Positions 10,187-19,298 of a stretch of DNA of 64,000 bases are shown piece by piece. Numbering within the stretch: the first letter of the stretch is position 1; the number at the start of each line of letters is the position of its first letter. The translations under genes were made by a program, and so were the position numbers. The stretch covers positions 80,246 through 144,245 of the forward strand of contig CANJXC010000005.1 of the NCBI GenBank assembly GCA_947478845.1. The letters run 5' to 3'. Origin of the DNA: Spirochaetales bacterium. Its GTDB lineage: Bacteria > Spirochaetota > Spirochaetia > JABEVK01. The notes under the pieces were generated by a model. It was not told the origin of the DNA. It ran no database searches and worked only from the letters and a program-made list of their open reading frames with translations.

Positions 10187-10848
10187 CCATGAACAGCAGG
10201 AACTTCTTTCCGGTCACCCTGATGCGGAAAGAGCGCGAATACGACCAAGTGTTCAGTTTCTTTTTTCAACCCGAAGAGCCGGTAGAGTTTATTCCTGGCC
10301 AATACGTCCATTTTCTGGCGCCGGCCAGCGGGCCCGGCCGGGAAAACGTGCGCCACCTGTCGATGGCTTCGATTCCCGCAGAAGGAGAGTTGCGCTTCAG
10401 CCTCGACCTGCGATCAACGAGCGATTTCAAGCGCAAACTGGCTGCGCTTCGGCCCGGAGAAAGGGCACACATCTTCCGGGTCAAGGGTGATTTCGTTCTC
10501 GGGTCGCCCCCACCTGCTCAGGTAGTCTTTATTGCAGGGGGCTTGGGAATCACACCGATCCGAGGCCTCATCCGCCAGATTGTTCACGAAAGTCTCCCCG
10601 TCGACTGGCGCCTGCTCCACGCCGCCCGTGAGGCTTGGCTCTACGAAGCTGAACTGAGTGACCTCCGAGGAACCCAACTGCGTGTCAGGCGTGAAGGCGT
10701 ACCCGAAGTTCTCGACTCCTGGACTCAACAATGGCCGGCGGCACGGTACTACCTGTGCGGCTCGTCGAGGTTTGTGACCGGTCTGCGCGAGGCCCTTGCC
10801 TCCCGCCGGGTCAACGCTAACGTGGTGACGGTGGAAGACTTTGAGTAG
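10183..10848 (+). CDS. FNR-like FAD/NAD(P)-binding oxidoreductase (ferredoxin-reductase fold)
   Basis: The flavin-binding region has the RxYS-like motif RHLSMAS. The NAD-binding motif is [12 protein letters not shown]. It overlaps the msrB stop by 4 nt. No signal peptide. Confidence 0.7.
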   Translation: MTMNSRNFFPVTLMRKEREYDQVFSFFFQPEEPVEFIPGQYVHFLAPASGPGRENVRHLSMASIPAEGELRFSLDLRSTSDFKRKLAALRPGERAHIFRVKGDFVLGSPPPAQVVFIAGGLGITPIRGLIRQIVHESLPVDWRLLHAAREAWLYEAELSDLRGTQLRVRREGVPEVLDSWTQQWPAARYYLCGSSRFVTGLREALASRRVNANVVTVEDFE

Positions 10849-10916
10849 AACTGAGCCTGATACACAGGCGAACCTCCGATGCTGACCCTCGGTGTTCCAT
10901 TGGGAAGCTCCCGGGT

Positions 10917-11771
10917 CTACATTGCTGTGCCGTAGATTCGACTTGGAGTGAAGTATTCGGTCAGCTTCATGCCTACCGTGACGGCGCTCGAAAAGCTACC
11001 TACAGCAAAGTAGTCTACGGGCACATAGGTACCGTTAGGTATCGTGTCTCCCTCATGGGTTTTGTTACCGCTGAGGTGGTAATTCAAGTAACTTGGGGGA
11101 ACCGGAAGTTCAGCCCGGACAAAACAGAGGGCATGCCCCGCGTTTGCCTTGAAAAAACTCGCCACGAACGACCGCCAGCCCCAGAACCGGAAAAACTCAC
11201 AGCTCAACAAGGCAAAATCCTCACAATCGCCGCCCCCTTGAGCAAGAAAGGCGTCGGGCCGCAGTGCGATAGAGTTCGGCTGGTAATGGTAGCGCGAATA
11301 GACGTACTGCTGGAATCTTTCGATCTCACCCCAATTGAGAGACCCGGAGCCGAGGTCGAACATCGTGAAAAGTCGGACAAGCTCTGCGGTAGCCCAGGGT
11401 GTTGCAGCCAGGTATTTTTCGGCCCGTGTGGTCTTTTCGTCCTTGGAATATTGGGGTGGGGGAAGTACCGCCTTGGGTGCGGTCTTCTTGTAGGTTTCCA
11501 CCTGGTCTACTGTAAAGTCATCGTAGGTAATGGAATAGGAAGTCGTGTCTATGGCTGGAATATCGATGGCCGGGATGTAGATCTCGGGCACGTCGATGGC
11601 CGGAATCTCAAAGAGTGCAGTCCTTCGGGCAGGGATGTGTATTGCCGGAAGGTGGACAGCCGGAAGGTGACGCGCGGGAACGTGAAGTTCGGGAATCACG
11701 ATACTCTCCGCGTAAAGGGCCGAAAGACAGCCAAGGGCCACCAAAAGCAGAAGCGCAATAAAAGGCTTCAT
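10917..11771 (-). CDS. secreted transglutaminase-like cysteine protease-fold protein with N-terminal tandem xxPAx pentapeptide repeats
   Basis: Signal peptide present. The repeats are HVPAR-HLPAV-HLPAI-HIPAR...IPAIDVPEIYIPAIDIPAID. The core motif GGGDCEDFALL carries the catalytic Cys. Confidence 0.6.
   Translation of the reverse strand: MKPFIALLLLVALGCLSALYAESIVIPELHVPARHLPAVHLPAIHIPARRTALFEIPAIDVPEIYIPAIDIPAIDTTSYSITYDDFTVDQVETYKKTAPKAVLPPPQYSKDEKTTRAEKYLAATPWATAELVRLFTMFDLGSGSLNWGEIERFQQYVYSRYHYQPNSIALRPDAFLAQGGGDCEDFALLSCEFFRFWGWRSFVASFFKANAGHALCFVRAELPVPPSYLNYHLSGNKTHEGDTIPNGTYVPVDYFAVGSFSSAVTVGMKLTEYFTPSRIYGTAM
11546..11705 (-). repeat. intragenic tandem 15-nt DNA repeat encoding the pentapeptide repeats
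   Basis: gccggaa/gccggga units recur (ggctggaatatcgatggccgggatgtag..cggaaggtggacagccggaaggtgacgc). Confidence 0.6.
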
Positions 11772-12151
11772 CGCAACTGGTTGTGTCGGAGTTTGTGCTC
11801 GGTTGCGAGCGAGTACCCCGCAACTACCGGGTGCTCATGCATAAACTGAGTCGACCAATAAATGCGGTATTTTCCGACGACGCTGAACGCCAGGATGTAC
11901 ACTCCGAGCTCATCGTTTTCCACTTCAGTGAGAATACCCAGCGTTTTCACATTCAGGATTTGCAGCACCTCTTCAAAGGTCATACCGTCATAAATCACAT
12001 TCTCAACCGCGTTATTGGAAATCGCGATTCTTTGCAGGGCATTCTTGATGGCATCAACCTGAGTTTGGGAAACACCAAGCTGCTGGGCTTCGACACCCGG
12101 AACCAAGAACAAGGCGAAAAAAAAGGAAAAAACGAGACAGGTTTGCTTCAT
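11768..12151 (-). CDS. small secreted hypothetical protein co-transcribed with the transglutaminase-like gene
   Basis: Signal peptide MKQTCLVFSFFFALFLVPGVEA. 4-nt overlap with the downstream gene. Confidence 0.45.
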   Translation of the reverse strand: MKQTCLVFSFFFALFLVPGVEAQQLGVSQTQVDAIKNALQRIAISNNAVENVIYDGMTFEEVLQILNVKTLGILTEVENDELGVYILAFSVVGKYRIYWSTQFMHEHPVVAGYSLATEHKLRHNQLR

Positions 12152-12183
12152 GAGGAGCCTCCAAACCGGAGTCTAGGCCAGCA

Positions 12184-12201
12184 TGATGCATCAATGATGC
12201 A
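12184..12201 (+). promoter_or_regulatory. perfect palindrome TGATGCATCA followed by a direct ATGATGCA copy
   Basis: The sequence is ATGATGCATCAATGATGCA. It lies 33 nt upstream of the start of the small secreted-protein gene. Confidence 0.3.
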
Positions 12202-12266
12202 AAGTCTCACACGATTCAGAGGAAGTGAGTTTTTTGGCCTGAAATCGCTAGCTGACCGGCGCCACC

Positions 12267-12887
12267 CTAGGCTTGACGGCCGTTGGGATGCGGCAATTGG
12301 GCGGCCTTGGCCGCCACCAACGCGGAGTTCGCCACGAGCAGGGCCGTGCTGTCCCAGGTGCCATTTACCAGCGCGTTGCGTCGGCTAGGGGGCATAGACA
12401 CTTTGACAACCATTGTTTGGCCAGCCCCGTGACCCGCATGGATTTCCATCTTATCGAGGTTCACCACAAACTCGGTGTCTGGGTGCTCGATGGCGAGTTT
12501 TTGCAACGCACTCACGTCTTCCTTGCTGGCAACAACGGCAGGGGTGCCGAGCATCACGCAGTTTCCGGCAAAAATTTCGGCAAAGCTTTCAGCAACAACG
12601 GCCTTGATTCCCCAGCGCACCAGAGCTTGCGGAGCGTGTTCGCGGCTCGAGCCGCAGCCAAAGTTGACGTTTCCCAACAGAATGGCCGCACCTTGGTATT
12701 CGGCCCGGTTAAAGGGATGATCTTTTTTGGTGCCGTCAGGTGCAAACCGTTCATCGTAGAAAGGGTACTCCCCCATACGACTGAAGGTTATTTCCTTGAG
12801 GTAGCGGGCGGGTATGATGCGGTCGGTATCGATATCGTCGCCCACCACGGGGACGGCTCGACCGGTAATGGTAGTGACTTTGCTCAT
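12267..12887 (-). CDS. leuD: 3-isopropylmalate dehydratase small subunit
   Basis: It starts at [13 protein letters not shown]. The ATGA overlap with the leuC stop is at 12884-12887. The 280-aa ORF is an artefactual extension. Confidence 0.9.
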   Translation of the reverse strand: MSKVTTITGRAVPVVGDDIDTDRIIPARYLKEITFSRMGEYPFYDERFAPDGTKKDHPFNRAEYQGAAILLGNVNFGCGSSREHAPQALVRWGIKAVVAESFAEIFAGNCVMLGTPAVVASKEDVSALQKLAIEHPDTEFVVNLDKMEIHAGHGAGQTMVVKVSMPPSRRNALVNGTWDSTALLVANSALVAAKAAQLPHPNGRQA

Positions 12888-14329
12888 TGGGCGGCTCCCG
12901 TAGTTACAGAAGTGTATTGGCGCACGTCGGTCACGTGGCCGGCGATGGCGGCGGCGGCCACCATGGCCGGGCTCATCAGCAGGGTGCGGCCCGTAGGACT
13001 TCCCTGCCGACCAATAAAATTGCGGTTGGAGCTTGAGGCAGAAATCTGGTCGCCCTTGAGCTGGTCGGGGTTCATAGCCAAGCACATCGAGCACCCTGCC
13101 TCGCGCCACTCAAACCCAGCGGCCAGAAACACTTTGTCGAGGCCCTCTTCCATGGCGGCCTTGCGCACCTGCATGGACCCGGGCACTACAAAGGCCTGTA
13201 CCCGGGGATCGACTTTTTGGCCCAGCTCGGTGGCCGCTCGGGCAATGGAAGCAGCTGCCCGAAGGTCTTCGATACGGCCATTGGTGCAACTGCCAATGAA
13301 GGCCACGTTGATGGCAATGTCGCTCGGCTTTTGGCCCGGTTTGAGCTTCATGTGGCGGTAGGCCAGCAAAACCGATTGCTTCTCGCCCTCGTCGGCGATT
13401 TTTTCGGGGTCGGGCAGCGATTCTAGCACGCCTACACTCTGGCCAGGGGTGACGCCCCAAGTGATCATGGGTTCGATATCGGCTGCGTTGAACCGGATGA
13501 CGTCGTCGTACTGGGCGTCGGCGTCGCTAGCCAAGGCCTTCCAACGACCCACGGCCACTTCCCAGTCGCTGCCCTTGGGCGCGTGCTCACGGCCTTTTAG
13601 GTAGGCAAAGGTGGTCTCGTCGGGGTTGCAGTAGCCTGCGCGCGCTCCCCCTTCGATGGCCATGTTGCACACGGTCATCCGGCCTTCCATCGTCATATCG
13701 CGGAACACGTCGCCCGAATATTCGTAGGCGTACCCGATTCCGCCCTTCACGCCGAGCTTGCCGATAATGTACAGGCTCACGTCCTTGGGGGTAACTCCGG
13801 CATTCAATTTGCCGTTGATTTCGACCTTACGGACCTTCATAGGGTCCATGCACAAGCACTGGCTGGCCAAAACGTCGCGAACCTGACTGGTGCCAATTCC
13901 AAAAGCCAAGGTGCCAAAGGCACCATGGGTGCTGGTGTGACTGTCGCCGCAGGCTATGGTCATTCCCGGTTGGGTAAGGCCCAGTTCGGGCCCTATGATG
14001 TGCACCACTCCCTGCTTCCCGCTGGCAAAGTCAAAAAAATTGACGCCAAAGGCCTTGGTGTTGCGCTCTATGGCCTGCATCATCAGCTCGGCTTCCGAGT
14101 CGGTGAAGGGCCGCTTCTGGCTTTTGGTGGGCACGATGTGGTCCATGGTGGCGAAGGTGCGGTCGGGGTAGGCCACCTTGAGCCCGCGCTCGCGGAGCAT
14201 ATCGAAGGCCTGAGGACTGGTCACTTCGTGCACGAGGTGCAAGCCGATGAATAGCTGGGTCTGGCCGGTGGGAAGCATCGCAACGGCGTGCGCATCCCAG
14301 ATTTTGTTGTACAGGGTGTTCTTTGCCAT
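12884..14329 (-). CDS. leuC: 3-isopropylmalate dehydratase large subunit
   Basis: 481 aa. Aconitase-family Fe-S ligand regions are present (GSCTNGR, CGDSHT). Confidence 0.95.
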   Translation of the reverse strand: MAKNTLYNKIWDAHAVAMLPTGQTQLFIGLHLVHEVTSPQAFDMLRERGLKVAYPDRTFATMDHIVPTKSQKRPFTDSEAELMMQAIERNTKAFGVNFFDFASGKQGVVHIIGPELGLTQPGMTIACGDSHTSTHGAFGTLAFGIGTSQVRDVLASQCLCMDPMKVRKVEINGKLNAGVTPKDVSLYIIGKLGVKGGIGYAYEYSGDVFRDMTMEGRMTVCNMAIEGGARAGYCNPDETTFAYLKGREHAPKGSDWEVAVGRWKALASDADAQYDDVIRFNAADIEPMITWGVTPGQSVGVLESLPDPEKIADEGEKQSVLLAYRHMKLKPGQKPSDIAINVAFIGSCTNGRIEDLRAAASIARAATELGQKVDPRVQAFVVPGSMQVRKAAMEEGLDKVFLAAGFEWREAGCSMCLAMNPDQLKGDQISASSSNRNFIGRQGSPTGRTLLMSPAMVAAAAIAGHVTDVRQYTSVTTGAAQ

Positions 14330-14383
14330 GACACTACTCTACCGGAAGTCCGATTCTTTGGAAAGGATAGGCAATTAGGTTTT

Positions 14384-15832
14384 CTACGACCCCAGGCGGT
14401 AACCCAGCGGTTCCAGGTGCACCTTTTGCCCTTCGGCCTCGAAGTCCACTCCTTGGAAACGGTCGAAGTTGGCGGCGAAAAGTAGCTTTTGACCGTCATA
14501 TTCGCGAAACCACGCCAGTGCTAAGGGAGAACCGGTGGGAACAATTCGGGTAGAGCCTTTGGCCAGAACCTCGCTACTGGAGGCCAACTGCAGCAGGTCG
14601 CGGTAAAACGAACGCAGACCCAGTTGCTGAGGCAACAAGCCTCCCCCGTCAAACTTGCCGCCGTTGATCCAGCGTTGAAGTTCGGGAACCGTGGCGTAAT
14701 CGAACATCGTGGTGCGCCCGTCGTCACCGGAGAACCCCTGCGCGCCTAGTGCTGGCTCACCGACTTCTTGGCCGAAGTAGACGAGCTCGGCCCCCTGCCC
14801 CAGGCAAGCGCTCACCACCAACGCCGGCCGGCCCACTTCGGGATCACCGGCAAAGAAGCGGGAGGCCAGGCGCTGTTCGTCGTGATTTTCCAAAAAATTG
14901 AGAAGACGGTTTTGCAGCCCTTCCATTTGAAAATGGGTGGCGACGATTTTTCCCACGTCTGCCCTCCCCTGCACCACGTCGCGGATAGAATCGTAAAGGC
15001 CAACTTTGTCGTATAAAAGGTCGAACTTGCCCTCGTCGAGGTAACGCCCGTAGGAGTCGGGGTTGTAGGTTTCCGCGATGAACAGCAGACGGGGGTTGGT
15101 TTTTTTCACGATGGGGATTACCCAGCCCCAGAACTCGACTGGGACCATTTCGGCCATATCACAACGGAAGCCATCAACGCCCATGCGGGTCCAAAACGCC
15201 AATATTTCGGCCATGCGCAGCCAGGTATCGGGAACCGGGAAAAAGTGGGCTGTACGACCGTTTAAGTAGTCAATTCCGTAGTTGAGTTTCACGGTTTCAA
15301 ACCAGTCGCTGAGTCCCGGGGAGGCCGAAAACACATCGTTGCCCGTGGCTTTGGCAGGAAACTCTGTCCAGCGGGGATCGGGCGTGAGCTCGGGGTGATA
15401 GGCCACCGGCGGAACGAAGTAAAGCCCTGGCAGATAATAGAAGTTGTTTTGCGGCGAAAAAGGCACCGAGAGGTCGTCGTTGTCGCCGAAGTTGATGTTG
15501 GTGCGAGCCACATGGTTGGGCACAAAATCGATGAGCACCTTGAGGCCTGCCGCGTGGGTGCGCTCGAGCAGCTTTTTGAACTCCTCATCGGCGCGCTCGG
15601 GGCTGCTTGCCAAGTCGCGGTGCACGCGGTAGTAGTCGGTGATGGCGTAGGGCGAGCCGGCGCGACCCTTCACCACCTGCGGGGGGTCCTTGGCCATAGT
15701 AGCGTGCTCAATGATGCCGGTATACCACACGTGGGTGACCCCGAGGTCTCGGATAGCCCTCAGGGCCGTCGGGGTGAAGTCGTTGAGTCGGCCAAACAGG
15801 CGGGTAAACACCTGATAAATGGTGAGCTTCAT
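14384..15832 (-). CDS. glycoside hydrolase family 13 (alpha-amylase family) enzyme
   Basis: Motif DFVPNHVA and a catalytic-domain-sized TIM barrel. The start MKLTIYQVF overlaps the CYTH gene stop as ATGA. Confidence 0.85.
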   Translation of the reverse strand: MKLTIYQVFTRLFGRLNDFTPTALRAIRDLGVTHVWYTGIIEHATMAKDPPQVVKGRAGSPYAITDYYRVHRDLASSPERADEEFKKLLERTHAAGLKVLIDFVPNHVARTNINFGDNDDLSVPFSPQNNFYYLPGLYFVPPVAYHPELTPDPRWTEFPAKATGNDVFSASPGLSDWFETVKLNYGIDYLNGRTAHFFPVPDTWLRMAEILAFWTRMGVDGFRCDMAEMVPVEFWGWVIPIVKKTNPRLLFIAETYNPDSYGRYLDEGKFDLLYDKVGLYDSIRDVVQGRADVGKIVATHFQMEGLQNRLLNFLENHDEQRLASRFFAGDPEVGRPALVVSACLGQGAELVYFGQEVGEPALGAQGFSGDDGRTTMFDYATVPELQRWINGGKFDGGGLLPQQLGLRSFYRDLLQLASSSEVLAKGSTRIVPTGSPLALAWFREYDGQKLLFAANFDRFQGVDFEAEGQKVHLEPLGYRLGS

Positions 15833-16302
15833 AGAGTCTTCCACAGTTTGTAGGGATATTTTGCCAGTCGCGAATTGAAGTACATCGGGTTGTCGGACAC
15901 CTCGGCCCCTAGCCACAGGGGAGATTGAAACGGCTCGTCAGCACGCTCGAGCTCCAACTCAGCGACCACCAAACCCTCGTTGGCCCCATGGAACTCGTCG
16001 ATTTCCCAACGGTGACCAGCGAAGGTCACCTGATAGCGCGTCTTTTCAATGAGAGCCGGTTCGCAAAGGTTAGCCAGCAACTCGTGAGCATCTTCCAAAG
16101 GAAGCGGGTACTCGTATTCAGACCGCACAATATCTACCAACGGCCCTTTGATAGTGAGCCAGGCCCGTTGCCCCGCTACCCGGACGCGGACGGTGCGCCC
16201 CGGCGAGGTAGAAAGATACCCCTGCCTGTATTCGGTACCTTGGGCTCCCGTGCGCCAGGAGTCGTCGCGAAGAAGAAACTTGCGCTCAATTTCGGTGCCC
16301 AT
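15829..16302 (-). CDS. CYTH-domain protein (CyaB/ThTPase-like triphosphate tunnel metalloenzyme)
   Basis: N-terminal EIERKFLL, which is the ExExK signature. 157 aa. Confidence 0.8.
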   Translation of the reverse strand: MGTEIERKFLLRDDSWRTGAQGTEYRQGYLSTSPGRTVRVRVAGQRAWLTIKGPLVDIVRSEYEYPLPLEDAHELLANLCEPALIEKTRYQVTFAGHRWEIDEFHGANEGLVVAELELERADEPFQSPLWLGAEVSDNPMYFNSRLAKYPYKLWKTL

Positions 16303-16345
16303 GACTGCATTCTAGTCGCAGGGCAAGATTCCCGCAACCGCAGCG

Positions 16346-16357
16346 GGGACAGACCTC
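16346..16357 (+). repeat. dispersed word GGGACAGACCTC, copy 1 (intergenic, tandem with copy 2)
   Basis: exact 12/12. Confidence 0.9.
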
Positions 16358-16363
16358 ACGCTG

Positions 16364-16375
16364 GGGACAGACCTC
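16364..16375 (+). repeat. dispersed word GGGACAGACCTC, copy 2 (intergenic, 18-nt period with copy 1)
   Basis: exact 12/12. Confidence 0.9.
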
Positions 16376-16381
16376 GGAGGG

Positions 16382-17479
16382 CTAAACGCTTAGATGTAAG
16401 CCAAGTTCTATAGTCCACCAAAAGGCTTTGTTGTTGCTAATGGGCAGACCCAGTGAATCGTTGTCGAGCAACGGAAGGCCCGCTGAAACGACGACTGAGG
16501 CCAGTCCCAGAACATCGAGGGACAGACCTCCCCCCACCGAAGCCAAAGGGCCCGAAGAGTCCTGGGTCCCTGATTTCCAGACGCTGGTGGAACTCATGTC
16601 GTTGTAACCGCTGTAGTAGCCATTATCGCTAAACACAAACATCGTAGGCAGCAGGTCGGCCTTGCCCAGTAGCGAGGGCAGGTTGACCCGGAGCTCAGCG
16701 GTGGCGTAGGCGCGTAACCTTGTGTCGAGCCGGAGCGGATAAGCGCGGACGTCGGTCTCCTCTAGCATAAAAATAGGCACTTGGGACCCTTGAATGTACT
16801 TGGTGTTGGCCCTCAGCACGAGATAGGCCGACAGCAGGTTGCTCTCGCCTTCGAGATCGAAAAGCGGCACAAACTCGGTCACTTCTGCCTTCAACCTCCA
16901 GAAGTCGGTTGCCTGCAGCGAGAGGAAACTCGGCCCCCATTCACCTTCGGCTATCACCTGAATGCCGTCGCGAACTTTGTGGTCGGTTTTGGTTGTGTTG
17001 TCGAGTAACAGGCCGCCAGCCAAACTGCCCATTCCGGCGCTGTTACGATCGGGGAAAATCGACGCTACGGAGGTGCCCAAATTAACTTCGGCGCGAAGGT
17101 TGAGCGAGCCCCAAACCGACAACAGGTCCCGGGATTCCTCCAGCGGTATCAAGCCCTGCCGAAAGCCGAGTTCCCACTGCAGGTCGGGCTTGTTGGTCCT
17201 AGGCATTTCCGTCGCCCCAAAAGGCTGGGGATTGCCGGTGACATCGTCGCGGTAGACCCTGAAGTTCTCATAACCGAACCCAAGTTCACTTTCGAGGTCG
17301 GTACGCAGACCTGGAAGCAACTGCCATGGGCCATAACCGAACTTCAGGATAGGCCCGGTGGGAACGACAAACCAATTGACCTTGATGTTGTAGAGCGACC
17401 AACTGAACCCGGCTTCCTGACTCCCGGCGACCTGAGCGGCAAGAAAAAACGCAACGAGCAGAGCGGCGAACCTGCGCAT
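16382..17479 (-). CDS. secreted hypothetical protein (signal peptide; possible outer-membrane or surface protein)
   Basis: Signal peptide MRRFAALLVAFFLAAQVAGS. 365 aa. No recognisable catalytic motifs. Confidence 0.55.
   Translation of the reverse strand: MRRFAALLVAFFLAAQVAGSQEAGFSWSLYNIKVNWFVVPTGPILKFGYGPWQLLPGLRTDLESELGFGYENFRVYRDDVTGNPQPFGATEMPRTNKPDLQWELGFRQGLIPLEESRDLLSVWGSLNLRAEVNLGTSVASIFPDRNSAGMGSLAGGLLLDNTTKTDHKVRDGIQVIAEGEWGPSFLSLQATDFWRLKAEVTEFVPLFDLEGESNLLSAYLVLRANTKYIQGSQVPIFMLEETDVRAYPLRLDTRLRAYATAELRVNLPSLLGKADLLPTMFVFSDNGYYSGYNDMSSTSVWKSGTQDSSGPLASVGGGLSLDVLGLASVVVSAGLPLLDNDSLGLPISNNKAFWWTIELGLHLSV
16519..16530 (+). repeat. dispersed word GGGACAGACCTC, copy 3 (antisense inside secreted-protein gene)
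   Basis: exact 12/12, followed by CCCCC. Confidence 0.9.
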
Positions 17480-17573
17480 GGTAAACCTCCAGCATGAACG
17501 TGCGATCAGTGTGGGGGCGGTAGCTGGATGTTGTCAAGAAAAGGTAGGTTCAAGCCAAGCCGTCGCAAGAGCT

Positions 17574-19262
17574 TCAGCCCCGAGAAAACTCCCTGGCCAC
17601 CAGCTCACGGATTTTGGCCGGCCGGTCCAAATCGACCGGACTGATTCCGTTGGGGGTAAGCTCGCCAAACAACCACTCGACTACGGCCTCCAGCGTGGAT
17701 GGGTCGGGGCTGTAGGCATTGAGCAGGGTGTCTGCCCAAGGCAAGTCGTGAACCAGATAGGGGGTACCGAAGCTCACGTGTACATGCGGGCACAGCGGTT
17801 GTTCATGGCGCACGAACCAGCCGGAGCGCATCCAGGCTCCCGCCGGGCGAATGAAGTTGGTGCCCCAAGTGGGACCCACTACCCAGGCCATAAGAACGGC
17901 CTTGTATTTTGAATAGTCAAGATTCCGCAAATCAAAGGCGCTATCGGCCTCGGTACGCCGGTCAACCACGACTCCCCGTACCTTTAGCAGGTTGTCCAAG
18001 CCATCCACTTGGTACTCGGGGTTGGAGCGCAGGTGGACCACCAGCAACCGGTCGCCGGCTTTCAGCGTAAGGGGCACCCTTCCATCAGAATGCACGAGGG
18101 TCAGCGCCCTGCGGGCTAGTTCGCGGCTGGCTTGGGCAAAACGAGCTCGGTGGGGCGCCAGAACTTTTTCAGGGTCAGCGGCCGGACGGGCACTGGCCGG
18201 GTTGGACGCAAACCCCAAGCGTTCCTTGAGAGCAAGAACCTGCGCACAGGCTTCGTCGATACGCTCACGGGTCACCCTCCCCTCGGCAACGGCGCGCCTC
18301 AAGATCTCGAAATCTCGCTTGGCAATGCTGAACAGAAGCATATCGTTGCCAGCGTTGATCATATTGATGATCGCCTCATCGGGTGTGCGGACCCGGCTCA
18401 TCGAGCCATTCATTTCGATGGCGTCGCTGACCACCAGACCGTCGAAGCCCAGCTCACCACGTAGCAAGTCGGTCGTGATTTTGCGGCTCATGATGGCCGG
18501 CGGAGGCCCAAAGGGGTCGGCAGGGTCGCCCGGATCTACCGAAGGCAACGCAATGTGGCCGATCATTGTCGTCCACGCACCGCCTGAATCCGCTCCACGA
18601 CCAAAAGTTTCGCGGAACGGGAGAGCGCTGGTGCGGTCCCACTCTGGGCGGATCAGCGGGTTGATGCTGGTCAACAGATGCTGATCGCGGTCGTCCCAGC
18701 CGTCGCCGGGAAAGTGTTTCACGGTGGCAGCAAGGCCGTGTTTCTGCAGGCCTTCCACAAGCGCCTTGGCCAAACGGGCCACTTTTGCAGGGTTGTCGCC
18801 CAGGCTCCGGGTATTGGAGATGGGGTTGGCAGGGTTGGCATTCACATCCACGACCGGCCCGAAGGTCCAGTGCACGCCGTAGGCTCTGGCCTCAACCGCG
18901 GTAGCTTCTCCCATCAAACTGGCGAGAGCCTCGCTGTTGGCAGCCCCGGTGCTCATCAGGTCGGGAAAATTGGTGGCTCCCTGAATCATCCGGCCTGCCC
19001 CGCTTTCAAGGTCGGTGCTGATCACCAGAGGTAGCCCAGGTCCATCCTGAAGGAGGTTAGTAATGCGCACGAAGTCTTCTGTGCTTCCTGAAAACAGGAA
19101 CATGCCCCCCACTCTCACCGGGGGAAGGGCATCAAACAACTCCTCGGAGCTCACCTGCGGGCGGACGTTGGGGTGCAGCAACTGGCCGATTTTCTCGTCC
19201 AGGCTCAAGGATGCTAGGGTCTTCACGACCCACGGGCTATGGGGTTTCATGCGAACGAGCAT
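17574..19262 (-). CDS. glycoside hydrolase family 3 (NagZ / beta-glucosidase-like)
   Basis: GH3 N-terminal domain motifs GPVVDVN and KHFPGDG. 562 aa. Confidence 0.85.
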   Translation of the reverse strand: MLVRMKPHSPWVVKTLASLSLDEKIGQLLHPNVRPQVSSEELFDALPPVRVGGMFLFSGSTEDFVRITNLLQDGPGLPLVISTDLESGAGRMIQGATNFPDLMSTGAANSEALASLMGEATAVEARAYGVHWTFGPVVDVNANPANPISNTRSLGDNPAKVARLAKALVEGLQKHGLAATVKHFPGDGWDDRDQHLLTSINPLIRPEWDRTSALPFRETFGRGADSGGAWTTMIGHIALPSVDPGDPADPFGPPPAIMSRKITTDLLRGELGFDGLVVSDAIEMNGSMSRVRTPDEAIINMINAGNDMLLFSIAKRDFEILRRAVAEGRVTRERIDEACAQVLALKERLGFASNPASARPAADPEKVLAPHRARFAQASRELARRALTLVHSDGRVPLTLKAGDRLLVVHLRSNPEYQVDGLDNLLKVRGVVVDRRTEADSAFDLRNLDYSKYKAVLMAWVVGPTWGTNFIRPAGAWMRSGWFVRHEQPLCPHVHVSFGTPYLVHDLPWADTLLNAYSPDPSTLEAVVEWLFGELTPNGISPVDLDRPAKIRELVAREFSRG

Positions 19263-19298
19263 AAGCCCTGAAGCAACACCCGTGCTAGAATACCTTCC

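Noticed and set aside
12267-13109. 280-aa version of the leuD ORF
   Set aside because: The N-terminal 74 aa read through the 3' end of leuC in another frame. The canonical LeuD start MSKVTT at 12887 overlaps the leuC stop.
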